Below are positions 40,390 to 52,956 of a stretch of DNA of 64,000 bases, one piece after another. The notes under the pieces were generated by a model, which was not told the DNA's origin, did no database searches, and worked only from the letters and a program-made list of their open reading frames with translations. The DNA lies in NCBI GenBank assembly GCA_013265495.1, contig MU058790.1:1-64000 (forward strand), read 5' to 3'. The position numbers were made by a program, and so were the translations under genes. The DNA comes from Vicugna vicugna. Its lineage: Eukaryota. Position 1 is the first letter of the stretch. Each line of letters starts with the position of its first letter.

Positions 40390-40730
40390 TTAGAAGTATA
40401 GCCAAATTGCTTGGGTTTCAAATCACATCTGGCTTCCTAATTGCATGACCTTGGCCAAGTAACTTAACTGCTCTGGGTCTGTTTCCTCATCTGTAAATGT
40501 AATCATAATAATAGAAACTAATTTAAAGATTCAATTGTTAGAATAAAATGAATTTATTTATATACTGAATTTATATGTATGTATATGTGTCTTTGTATAC
40601 ATATATATATATATGTATCAACTCAAATATACATATATATGTGTATCTATGTACATACACGTGTACACACACATAGCTTAGAAAATTGGCATAATGTAAG
40701 CATTTTATGAATGTCAGCCATCACTATTGT
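40390..40730 (+). mobile_element. MIR with internal (TA/CA)n expansion upstream of the CYBB promoter
   Basis: TGACCTTGGCCAAGTAACTTAAC..GTTTCCTCATCTGTAAA. Confidence 0.7.
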
Positions 40731-41014
40731 TATTTTTTTCTCAATAAGACTGTAAATGCTGTTCCAGCCTGTCAAAAGATATCACATCTATTTAATGTTT
40801 TGTACCTAGCATGAAATCATGGCTAGTTGGATGACTTTTTAAAACTTGCCACTTGATAACTGATCAGTCAAAAAGTTAATTCACTGTGTAAAACACATCC
40901 CATGATTTGCACTGTTATTTGTGTCTCAGTTGTAGAATTAGTTTCATTTCCTAGACTTTTTTTCTGTCTTTTTTTTTGTGGTTTAAAGATTTAAATTTGT
41001 TATGAAAATGAGCT

Positions 41015-41156
41015 TTTCAGTTGACCAATGATTAGCTAATTTCTGATAATAGAAAAGGAAACCGATTGCCCCAAGGCTGCTGTTTTCATTTCCTCATGGG
41101 AAGAAGAAACATAGCAGAGAAGAAAGGCGGACTCAAGGCATTGAACCTCTGCCACC
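41015..41156 (+). promoter_or_regulatory. CYBB: CYBB proximal promoter and 5' UTR
   Basis: CCAAT at 41025-41029; GATA site TGATAA at 41044-41049; IRF-like AGAAAAGGAAAC; PU.1/IRF element GTTTTCATTTCCTCAT at 41082-41097; Kozak GCCACCATGG. Confidence 0.88.
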
Positions 41157-41201
41157 ATGGGGAACTGGGCTGTGAATGAGGGCCTCTCCATCTTTGTCAT
41201 T
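41157..41201 (+). CDS. CYBB: CYBB (gp91phox/NOX2) exon 1
   Basis: MGNWAVNEGLSIFVI, 45 nt, donor GTAAGT at 41202. Confidence 0.97.
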
Positions 41202-43167
41202 GTAAGTACCAGTAAGAAAGAAATTACAAATTCTCTAACCTGTCTGGGTTCTCTTGGAAACTAAAATAGAGCAAGACTTTTTTGTTCATTTATTGTCTTT
41301 GAGAAATTGTGCTGAAACTGATTTACTGTGTGAACAGGCATCTATCTATAAGCAGACTGAGTCCATTCTTCCAAACTTATTAATGGAAAGAATACATTTC
41401 GGGGCTCACTTCTTCGAGTTTATTTCTTGAGTTTTTAGGAGTACTAAACTAGCCAGCGTTTCAGAAGGAGTGGAAGACATTTCATGCTAATGATTCCTGA
41501 GTCTGAGTTGCTTATTATTAATGTTTACTCAGAGGCAAATTCTCTATCTCTTATGTATTTATACCACCTAAAAAGTGGGTAATTGAAATTTTATACTGTT
41601 TTCCAAATAACAACACACGACTGGCTCATGTATGGGAAATTAGCCTTTATTTCAGAACTTATACCAAAAATAATTGAAGTTTTCAATTTTCTTTTTTTAA
41701 AAAAAGTATCTTCTTTCCTCTGAGGTAAACTTTAGTTATTTGTGAGATTTTTAAAAATTCAAGGGAAGGGAATTGAAGAAAGCTATCTAGACACATATAT
41801 ATAGTATATATTATATATATTGTATATGATTACATACAGATCAATATAATCTATCTTGAGAAACAATTTTTGTAAGTAAAGATATGGCTAATTTTCAAAT
41901 ACACATGTTGATTTCTTTAGTTTTTAATATACCAAAGATCTATTATTTTAAGATAGTGGTCTCAGCAAAGCAATATTGGACAACTGCAAAGATAGAAATG
42001 TGATTTTAAATAGCTTTACTAAATAGCTAATGAAAGTATTACACCGATGTTTAAAAGAACACTTACGAATGAAAATTTTGAGTGTATCATGAAGTAAATA
42101 TGAATCTTTGAGTTGTAGAGATAGAAATTAGTAGCCCAAATAAAATAAAAAGAACAAATATTTTGTCATTATAAAAATAAGCCAAAGCAGTATTCTAATG
42201 CAATAGAGAATTGTTCTAAGGACTCAGCTGTTAACTTGATTTCTTATCCCCACTTTAAAAATGGATTACCCCTTGGAAAACAAGTTCAAATTATACTTTT
42301 AGCTCCTACCACAGTTTTCCCCAGGAAAGGACGTCCATCTAAATTATACACTCATATACTTGAAAGGGAAGACACAGCTTGGAAAGCAATAGGAAAAATG
42401 ACAATATTAGGAAATGGAGAAGTTGTTTTAGTACCTTCTTTATAAAGAGATTGTTTTTAAGTGTCGAAGGACATTAAATAGCTTTAAAGCACAGTTAAGA
42501 AAGGATGGCTACTGTGGAGCTGAAGGTAGATGACTGGGCAGTGTCACCATTTGATACAGTCGGTGCTTGGGATGAAATGAGCAGTCACAATCTAGAAGGG
42601 TCTCTAAAAAAAAAATCCCACACCCCTCACCCATCATTCATGCTCGATATTCCCTTTCTCGAACGTTAAGCAAAATTTATCAAATAGAATTAAAGGCTTG
42701 ACATTTTAGCTGACGAGACAGACTCCCCCTAGCTGGGGTAGGATGCTGTGTGATGGACAGAGGCGATTACACGGGTGAGAACAGAACACAAAGTCCTACT
42801 GATGTGGGGGGCAGCAGAGTAACATATTCCTTTCCCTTCTCTTTTTAAGGTGAGTCACCTGCTCTCAGTTATCTATGAAAGGTTAAGAAAAGAGGAGGAG
42901 AAAGAAAGCAGAAGAGATAAACTGATAATAACTTGGCATCCTGGCCAAGTATTAAAACAATCATAGGGGACGACACTGGGTGGAAAGGTTAATTACAGAG
43001 AAGTGCAACAACACCGTTGTGGAAAAGAGCTGGTCACACCCAGCTTTGTAACCACTTTTGTCAAAGGCTGTATTTGGGGAAGTTCTGACTTTGGTCTGAC
43101 TCCAAACTTGTGTGAAATCTACCTGTTGAAACACGAAAATTTCACGCAATCATTTCTGTTTGTGCAG

Positions 43168-43263
43168 CTGGTATGGCTGGGGATGAATGTCTTCCTCTTT
43201 GTCCATTTCTACCGGTATTATGCTCTTCGAGAGGAGTTCTTTTACACTCGAAAACTTCTTGGG
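43168..43263 (+). CDS. CYBB: CYBB exon 2
   Basis: [41 protein letters not shown], 96 nt. Confidence 0.97.
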
Positions 43264-43594
43264 GTAAGTATAAGTTCCATCTCATGCAGTATTGACCGGC
43301 TCACATTTCTAATCAGAGAGTCTTGTTCCTAGTCCTTTTAACATTTTGAATAAATATTCTGACCAACCCAAACAGCACCATCAGCCTCACTCCCTCCATC
43401 GCAATCCCAGGAACAAGGGTCTTTAGGCTTTTCGGAGTGAGATCAACCAAACTGTGACAGAGGCTCCCAGCAGCATCCCTCCCCTCCCTAGGCTACTGTG
43501 CCACTGTTTAGCTTAAGGGAGAAATCTAATACTGACTCTCGAATGGATGGCCAGGTTGGGGAGCTGGATCCACGGTGACACAGGTGCCACAAGT

Positions 43595-43604
43595 GGGACT
43601 TTCC
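43595..43604 (+). promoter_or_regulatory. Perfect NF-kB site in CYBB intron 2
   Basis: GGGACTTTCC. Confidence 0.5.
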
Positions 43605-44545
43605 GTATTCTCTGAATCATCTGATTCCTACTACTTTTGTGCATGAAAAGCCCTGCTCCTAGTGACATGTTATGAGATAATCTTCAGGAAATAAGCCTCT
43701 CCCTACATATGGAGCCTTTGAAGAACTTCCCCAAAGGTCACGTTCATGGACTAGGCCAGCAGAGTCAAGGCCCTGACTTTTCTTGGGTCCATGAGCGCTC
43801 TCAGTTTCCTTGAGCTGCTGGTTCTTTTTCGTCATAAATGAAAATAGTTACAATTATAGCTGCCCCCAGATGCTCATTTGTTACATCATGCTGAAACCAT
43901 GAATTCATTGCTTAATGACACTAATTCTAAATCATATGCATAAATAATTACAATATATAATTATACTATATTATTACAATTGTTGTTAATGTATTCAGGT
44001 TGATGCTGAAAAGGATGATTTCCTTTTGCATTCCCCCTCCAGAATCTGCAACTTCTTCTTTTTTTTTTTTCCAAAATCTACAACTTCTTTAGGCATTACA
44101 GAGAACAATTATTATGCCAAAGCAACTTAAGTTATTGCTGAGGTTATTCTAAGTGCTAAGAAAATCTTCACAAAGCCTCAGTGTCTATTCTGAACTCTAG
44201 TTAATGATATGCATGCTTAAATATTTAGGAGGAAGTGAACTGATGGCTGCACCTTACTTTGAAATGCATCAAAAATAAGGTGTGTTGATGGATGGATAGA
44301 GGGAGAGGTAGATGGATGGACAGATGAATAGACATGTGATAAAGCAAGCATAGTAAAATGTAAAAGGCAGAATCCAGGAGGTGAATAAACAGATATTTAT
44401 TGTGAACTTATTTCAGATTCTCTTTAAGTCTGAAAATGTTCATCAGAAAATGTTGGTGTCGGGGCGAGGGCCAGATTCAAACAAAGTATCCCAGTGGGCC
44501 CTAAAAATAAACCTTTGGCTCTGAAGGACCTTCCTTTCCAGATAA

Positions 44546-44785
<240 letters not shown>

Positions 44786-45694
44786 TGAATTCCTCAAAAT
44801 TTCGAAGGCCATCAAGCTAAATACCCTTTCTTGGGAAAAGCAAACCAATGGTTTGTGAGGATTCTCACCTCTGTACAATATTCACAAGCCAAGCCACGCT
44901 TGATTCTCTAGTTTATTTTTATATTATTTGTTGATGGAGCTCCCTGGGATGACCATTTAACCTTGAACAGATATTAAAGGCAAAAAACCAGAAAAACATC
45001 AACCAATCAATCTCTACCTGAACAACAGCGATTAAGTACATGCACACACACACACAGACAGAGATACATGATCGTGATGCCCGTGTATACGTTTATAAAC
45101 AGGGATTTATGAGGCAGGCATGAAATTTAGGAATGAATCTTACAGTGCCATGTTTTTCAAAATGTTTAAGTCAGAGAAAATCTCTTTTCTGGATAACATC
45201 CAAAGAAGATGGAATGAGTGAGCTATGAGTCACTCTGTCATGAATGTGACAGGTGTTAGGTTCATGGAATTGAGGAGTTCAGAGCTTTCTAAATGCCCAG
45301 GACTTCTTTCATCCCCACTTCCACAATTTAGTGAGCCCCCTAATGTACTCTGCTGGAAGAAAAAAATAATTATATGGGAAGAACTTTTGTATCTATAAAA
45401 TGGTATATGAATTTGTTATAGATGTTTTTATATAAAGATGAGAAATGATGAACTTAGAATCTACACACAGACTCAAATTAATATGATACAAAACAACATA
45501 TCAGGGGTCCCCCAAACATTACAAATAAGGAGCAATAGGGACTCGAAGGAGGAGGGATTATATCATCTGGGGCAGAGGAAGAAGAAAGACTTCTTAGAGA
45601 AGATGGCATCAGATATGGGCATATAACGATCAAATAACTTCTACGAGATATAAATGAGAAGACATTCTCCATGGAGAAAGTATGGGTAAAAGCG

Positions 45695-45930
45695 CAGGAA
45701 ATGGTGAGGAAATTGTATTCTTGAAAGTCCCGTATAAGCATGACTTCTCTCTTTGGATTTGTTTGCCATTCCTGACCACACCAGAGAGGGTAGTTCTTCC
45801 AAAGTTAGGGATTGATGCCCTGGTGGGACCCATTTCACTGCTCATTCGTGACTGGTAGCCTCTGTTTTTCCCTTTTAATAAAATGTTTGTTTTATGTTAC
45901 CTAGCTCTTTCAAAAATTACCTATTAAGTC
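45695..45930 (+). repeat. Copy 1 of a diverged ~235-bp direct duplication in CYBB intron 3
   Basis: Aligns by eye to 48742-48980 (shared TATAAGCATG, TCTCTTTGGAT.TGTTTGCCATTCCTGACCACAC, GTTAGGGATTG.TGCCCTGGT.GGACCCA, AATAAAATGT). Confidence 0.9.
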
Positions 45931-46677
45931 AAGGTCATTTGTAGTGGAGAGCAGTAAGCAATCTGTTTTGATGGGCATGTACGGATTGTAAAAGGCAAGT
46001 GTCTGAGGTCAGGCTGGAGAGGAAAGCTGGAGGTTTGCTCGTGAAGTAGGACCTTAAATGTATAGCCGAGGAGTTGATACTTAACTGGCAATCAAAAGAG
46101 AGGAAAGTGATCTAAACTGTCAATAACAACCAGAAGTTGCCTTACACTCTGCCTCATTTTCCCTAGTCCTACTAAATTCCCATAAGTCTAGGGAGATTTT
46201 TCTTTAAGAACAACACAACACTCAATTTACTAATATAGAGTTAGCAAGCTACACATAACAGTAGACACTGATTACAAGGATTTCCAAATAATCTTCTCAA
46301 CCGAGGAAACCACAGAGGTAAGTTTCATTTGATGGAAAAGTTTTATTGACGAGCCCCCTGTACAGTACAACGTCTGGTATATCGTAGGTGCCCAAGGAGC
46401 TTTTGCTAGACAAAGTTAATGTCCTGTAGCTTTTTTATTCTCCCTCCTACCCACTGTTCAAATACTTTCTATTTAGAGGAAGTAAAGGCTGAGAAACAGG
46501 CAGTGTTTTCACCAGGAAGTCCTGTTAAGAAATCCTTGTTACCCCACAGGCCTGAATTGCACTGCTGTTGTGCTGCCAAGGCCCCGTGAGCAGTACGTGT
46601 TGTAATGGCCACTTGTAGGTTTCCCGTGGCCCAGGAGGGAAGAGCCTCATGACAGTATCTAAAGACAGGGGGTGATA

Positions 46678-46886
46678 GACTGGGATTTCAAAATTGTAGA
46701 ATAGATAAACAAGATTACACGGTATAGCACAGGGAAATATACACAAAATGTTATGATAAATCACAGAGAAAAAAATGTGACAATGAGTGTGTATATGTCC
46801 ATGAATGACTGAAAAATTGTGCTGAACACTGGAATTTGACACAACACTGTAAAATGATTATGAATCAATAAAAAATGTAAAAAAAA
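46678..46886 (+). mobile_element. Young, heavily 5'-truncated L1 3' end
   Basis: AATAAA plus poly(A); perfect 17-bp TSD AAAGACAGGGGGTGATA at 46661-46677 and 46887-46903. Confidence 0.92.
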
Positions 46887-48741
46887 AAAGACAGGGGGTG
46901 ATATGAGGCTGCTCTTGAAATGGCAGAGAAGCTCGGCTCTATAACCAGAGAGACATCTATGTAAAAGAATATATTTTAAAATGGGCAGCAAGTAGCATTC
47001 TTTTCCAGATTGAGTGTGTCCCCTCCTTCCAGATTTCCCAACCAGAGATGTGACCTTGGCCCATTAAACTTCTTTTCTGATTGGGATTAAAATGAGTGTC
47101 CATGCTGTGACTAATGTTGGAAATTATAAGAGCTGCCCCTTATTGAGTCTTCGTAGACCTTGCATCGTGAAATCTGCATGTTGAGTCAGTGAGGTGGGGG
47201 TGAAATTACACAAGAGTGTTGAGATTCCAACCCAGGTCACTGTGCCCCCAGAGCCTGTTTGCTTTCCTACGTGTCACCAAAACTCAAAACTCTCCTGTTG
47301 TGGTACTGTGGTCTTAGAAAGTCCACCATCTATATGAATGTTTGGGCATGCTGAGTAACCTAGGCTAGAAGTAGCAAGGGTGTTGTAACGTCAAGGATTT
47401 ATTAGTAGGCCTTTATGCAAACTAAACAGTCACAGAACTTCCGTTCAGTTTCTAGTGATCTTAATCATTTAGACTTGGCTTTATAATTGTTCTGCTTATC
47501 TGGAGAAAGAAAACCCCAGGATTGGCCCACCCCGGGAAAGACAGGGGTAGGACTCCGAGCCTGCTCTGTTGAAGGAAATGGGGAATGGTGGGGCTTGGCA
47601 GACAGAAGTCCCCAAAGAAGTCTTAATGACCCGACTTGCCATGCAGATACTAAGTTCTAACTGAATGGAAGTTCTAGTCTGAAGATCAGAAAGAAACAGT
47701 AAGGTGAGAGAGTGAGCTCTTTCCCATAACCTTATATAGTCTGAGAGTCAGATGTAGCCCCATGTCTAACTATGTGGTCTAGGGCAAGGCTCTTGGACTT
47801 CCTGTCTCATACTTGTTGTTTTTGTTGTTGTTACAGTTTTTAGCGAAAAAGCTAAAGATAATGCAAATGTAACAATATATATGAGTGACATTCCAAAAGT
47901 GTGTTAATTGACTAAGCCTGTCCCCTAGTGAGTTGTCAGTTAATAAATATTTGTTGAGTGCCAGCTATATGCTAAGCACTGGGGACACATGGTGAGCAGA
48001 GGGGAGACATGAATGAGCCACAAGCTCAGGGAGCTTAGAGTTTTGTGGAGGAAGTAGAGGAGAAACATGTAATTTCAAAATTATAAACAATGCTGTACTA
48101 ATCAAGTGGTGGTCTTCATATTTATCGCATAATCTACTGTCACCAGGTTTGAACATGACTATCAGCTTCTTTGCCTGAGTTCTGTACATTCAAGGCTGGC
48201 TGTTGTGATTTCTCCTAAATTGCATGTAAATATCTAATTCAGATTTATTCATAGCACTTGTGGTGAGACCAGGTGTACATAAAATAGGACTTTACAGTTT
48301 CCATAAAGCTCATGTTACAGAAGCTAATGTTATGCCCCAGTAAATATGCACTTCTTTTTAGTTCCGTTTCTCAATTTTGTGAATTTTTTTTTGGCTCTTG
48401 TAGTTTGAATAGAGCATAGAAATCTGTCGAGATGACTCAGTAATCTTCCTTGCACTTGAATGTTAGTTTGTTGAGATTGGGCAAGGCTCTGTGGTAGTTA
48501 ACAGTGGAGCGTCCCTTTAGAAGTCAATAGCAAAAAGCAGAGAGGTAGTTCAGTGAGGAAGCCATGGTGCCTGATGGCAGCTTGGCTAATTAGCAGGTGG
48601 CTGGCGCTAATTCAGAAGTGACTCAAAAGCATAAAAATGGTATCTGCATGGTAAGGAGGAAGAAGGAAGAAAAAAGCCTGGGCAGTCAAACAGCAAAGCC
48701 TTTCCTTCCCACCCCACCAACCAGCCATCTTGCCCCCTTGT

Positions 48742-48980
48742 CAGGAAACGATGAGGAACTTGTATCTGGAAGGCCCATATAAGCATGGTTTTGGCTTCTC
48801 TTTGGATGTGTTTGCCATTCCTGACCACACTATTGAGGGTAGCGAGGAAAGGTTAGGGATTGGTGCCCTGGTAGGACCCACTCTACTAACTCATCAGTGA
48901 CTAATTTAGCCTCTGTTTTCCCTTAAATAAAATGTATGTGTTCCATACTAAATAGCATTTTTTAAAAACTACCTGTTAAG
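48742..48980 (+). repeat. Copy 2 of the intron 3 duplication
   Basis: Same blocks as 45695-45930, about 3.05 kb downstream. Confidence 0.9.
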
Positions 48981-49741
48981 ATCAGAGTATTGCTGAATGG
49001 ACCTTGTATTTCCCAAGCACATCTCTCCATTTTCCTGGCACTCAGTTCATTTTTCTCTAACAGTTTGTTGCTCTAACTGATAAAGGGTGTTGAAATCTAT
49101 TGCTTCATATTTTTGATGATCCATGTTGATAATGATAAGGATAGAAGTATGGAGACAGTGTAGAGACGATGACAAAAGCACGTTCCTTTTTTTCAAATTC
49201 AGCATGCAGGAGCCAGTGTATTTTCCTCCAAAAGTTTCAAAGCAATTTTTCCAGGAAAGAAAATAGTGTGGCAAGTATAGACATGTGTATAAATATATCT
49301 CTATAGGTTTAGAATAATCATCTTAGGTTCTAGGAGAGTAAAAATGTCATTTAACCAAATAATTATTAAAGGATGGTTAAAAGGACATGACATATGGTTC
49401 TACATACAGGAAGCTTACCCTCTAGCCGAGGAGCCATGCCATACTAGCTGAAAAGTTAAATAATGATACCAAAAGAATCAAATATTTATTAAACACCTCT
49501 CCATGAATCTATGAAACAAACCTATGAGAGAAGAACTATGATAAATATACAGGTGAGAAAGCTGGAAACGGAGCGTGCTGTTCAATGTCACACAGCTAGG
49601 CGGTAGGGCTGGGATCCAACACAGCTCTATCTGATGGCAAACCTTGCTCTCAGAAATGTAATTCAGTATTGCTTTCTGACCCTACTAATTCCCGTTCTCT
49701 CATTCTTGGGACTCCAACTGTATCCATCAGTCCAGTGAGGA

Positions 49742-50354
49742 CTATATTAATGATCTGTTTTTGTGTAACAAAGTTAGAGGCTTAAAACAACCCCACTGAT
49801 GAGCTCACAGCTCTGCAGGTCAGAAGTCCAGCATCCTGTTGTTGGGGTCTCTGCTCAGGGTATCACAGAGCTGCCATCAAGATGTCAACTGGGCTGAATT
49901 CTCCTGTGGAAACTCTGGGTAAACTCTTCTTCCAAGCTCATTCTTGTTGGCAAAATTTAGTCCCTTACAATTGCAGGACTGAGGTCCCTGTCTCCTTACT
50001 GACAGTTATTCAGGGGCTGCTCTCAGATCCGAGCTGTCCCTATATTCCTTGCCATGTGACCCCTTCCATCTTCAAGCCAGCAACAGCGTATCAAATACTT
50101 CTTGTGTCGCGGATCTCTGATTTCTAGACCCAGAATTAAAGGGCTCGTGTGATTGGGTCAGACCCGTCCAGATAATCCCTCTCTAAAGTCAATTTGGGAC
50201 TTTAATTACCTCTGCAAAATCTCTTTTGCCATATAACGTAACAAAATCACAGGACTGTCATCCCATCGTATTTGGAGGTCAGGTCCTACCCCCACTCAAG
50301 GGGACGAGATTATATAAGGTCACTGGGGATCATCTTAGAATTCTATATACCACA
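49742..50354 (-). mobile_element. MaLR (MLT1E/F-like) LTR
   Basis: GGCTTAAAACAAC..GCTCACAGCTCTGCAGGTCAGAAGTCC..GCAGGACTGAGGTCCC..TTAATTACCTCTGCAAAATC..TACCACA. Confidence 0.78.
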
Positions 50355-50464
50355 AGGACTCTATGAAACTGTGGAGGAACCTAGCAACTGGGAAACAGGA
50401 AAAAGATATTTCCTTAAAATTGTAAAAAATGCAAAATAGTGAAACAATGTACAGCGCTTGAAAT

Positions 50465-50810
50465 AAACACAAAAGACAGTTCTTTCTATATAAGAAAACA
50501 AGGACAATTACGGAATTGGAGAATAGTGATTGCCAGGGGTTAAGGAGTGTGTGTGTGTGGGGAGCGAGGTGAAAGGGTAGTGGGTGTACAGCATGAGGGA
50601 TCTTTTGTGAGGATGGAAATGTGCAGTATGTTGACTATAGCGATGTCAATGTCCTGGTTGTGATATTGTACGATAGTTCTGCAAGATATTGCAATTGAGG
50701 CAACTGGGTAAAGACACATGGGATCTCTCTGCATTATTTCTTACGGCTGCATGTTGTAAGAATCTACAATTATTACAAAATAAAAAGTTTAATAGAGGAA
50801 AAAAAAAGAC
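50465..50810 (+). mobile_element. Old L1 (L1MC-like) 3' end
   Basis: GATTGCCAGGGGTTAAGG..CCTGGTTGTGATATTGTAC..GGGATCTCTCTGCATTATTTCTTAC..AAATAAAAAG. Confidence 0.72.
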
Positions 50811-50924
50811 AACAAGGACAATCCATTTTTTATCCACAGAAATGTAAACTAAGTGATTTCAAACAGGAAACCCTTATTTTGAGAGCCTGAGTCACAGCGT
50901 AAACTCTTAGTGTGAGCCGCTGCT

Positions 50925-51295
50925 GTTGCACTGACACTGCCTCTACACTGACCGTTTCAATACACGGGGCAGCTGCCTTCTGCAACCCCACGTCATTCTC
51001 TGCCTGAGGACTTCCGTTCAGCCCTCTCCTGGGGCAAGCCTGAAATGCCAGGGAGTTGATGCCCTTGGAAGAGCCCTCAGCCAGTGATGGATAGGAGCTG
51101 GTGGATGACTACCTGAGATTCCTAACCCCTCAGGGTGTGGCTTACCAGTCTCCCAGAGTCACTGATAAGATATGATGGTGGTAGCTGATACCGTAATACA
51201 TCCTTTATGGATTTCCCTCCCTTCCCAATCTGACTTCTCTTAACCTCACTTTCCAGATAGAGTACTGACACTTAAATTCTTGTCTTGGTTTTTAG
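50925..51295. mobile_element. LTR16-like ERVL LTR remnant
   Basis: GCCAGGGAGTTGATGCCC..GCCCTCAGCCAGTGATGGATAGGAGCTGGTGGAT. Confidence 0.5.
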
Positions 51296-52089
51296 ACAAG
51301 TAGAATAATAGTGACTGCCTCTTTACATTTGGTTTGATGGAGAAGGGAATGAACCTTAAAGACAAATAGACTTGGATCCCAGCCATTGTGAGAGTTAGCT
51401 TTAGTTTTGTTATCTGTAAAATGAGGACAATAATACTTATCTTATTGCATTAAGTGAGGTAATGATGATGGATAAACTGCCTGGCTCATAGAAGGCATTC
51501 AATAAAGCCTAATGACTTTTTCTTTTTTCTGGAATCCTCAATGTCTTCCTTACTAGTATTTCTGCAGTTCTGGGAATCTGTTTTCATGGCCCAAACAGCC
51601 TGCCCTCCCTAGATGTAGCTAACTCAGAGACAGTGGATTAAGCACAGTTTTCCATGCAATTCTATTTTGTCTCTAAAACTAGATTATTTTATTAAAAATA
51701 AGTAAGCCAAATATTAAACACCCCTATAACTAAATTGAATGTGTTTAGAACCAGATACTGATAATACCTACGTTTTTTGTTTTATTTTGTTTTGGGGGTT
51801 TTGGGGGGACACTTCACTCCACTCTCCTGAAGCGTTCTCTGAATCTCTGTGACAGTACATCTAGCCTCAGGAACAAAGCAGCCAGAGTGAGCACTTGGCC
51901 ACTTTTCAGGAGAACAAAGCTCTGATTCAACCATAAATCAGGTTTTTTTTTTTCTCTCCTTTGGGCATTGACCTGAATTCAGATTCAAACCCACATCTTC
52001 TAACATATTACACTAACCTATTGACCAAAATACCATTTTTAATGTCAAGGTAATCATAAAAGGTATGAAATATCAGAATGTAGATATCT

Positions 52090-52312
52090 CTGGCATCAGA
52101 GAGGCTGGATTTAGATCCCAGCTCTGCCACTTACTGGCTATGCAGCCTAGAGGAAGGTAACCTCTCTATGCCTTCGTTTCCTCATCTGTTATGCAGTGAT
52201 AATATGGTACCTCCCATATAAGCTTGATGTAAGAATGAAATGAGTCGGTTTATGTAAAACACTTAAAGCAGCTTCTTGCCTGAGCTCTTTGTAAATACTA
52301 TTGGCTATTACT
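52090..52312 (+). mobile_element. MIR SINE
   Basis: ATCCCAGCTCTGCCACTTACTGGCT..GTTTCCTCATCTG..TAAATACTATTGGCTATTA. Confidence 0.78.
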
Positions 52313-52871
52313 ATTTTTGTTATGATTATTTGGTTAATGATCACCCTTGTTATGTTGAGCCTATCACCATGTGCAGGTGGACACTTTCTTCTCCTCTCAC
52401 AGTGTGTACGTCCTGGAAGGGTGCTGTTCTAAAACTATTCATTTGTTCTAGAACTGTTCCCTTGTCTGTGTCCTCACTGGAACTTTAGGTCTTTGAGGGC
52501 AGCCTTGTCCTTTTAAAATTTCTGTATCTCCTATTTATTGAATAAATTAATCTGAACTAGAAACTATGTCATCAGATATGTTTCTGTCTAAATTCATATT
52601 TTATACAATTAAGCAATGGATTCCATGGGAAGCTTTTTATGCCACTAATATGAGAAGCTAAAACATATTGGTTAAGCCAGCCGTGCCATTTATTGGCTGT
52701 TTGACCTTGGGAAGATGATGATGTCTGTCTAAGCCTCGGTTTTCTCATCTATCAAATGGGTGGTTGTAAGAATTAAATGAGATGATATATGCCTAATGCC
52801 TGACACAGAGAAAACCTTCTTGTTTTCAAGAATAACAATTACTATTTCATTCTTTTGCCTTTAATCCAAAG

Positions 52872-52956
52872 TGCTGCTCAACAAGAATTCGAAGACAATT
52901 GGACAGGAACCTCACCTTTCATAAAATGGTGGCCTGGATGATTGCACTTCACACTG
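52872..52956 (+). CDS. CYBB: CYBB exon 4
   Basis: [37 protein letters not shown], 85 nt; heme ligand His101 at 52920-52922. Confidence 0.97.

Noticed and set aside
52862..52871. AAG acceptor of exon 4 as a defect
   Set aside because: Uncommon but legal; exon length and frame fit an intact CYBB.
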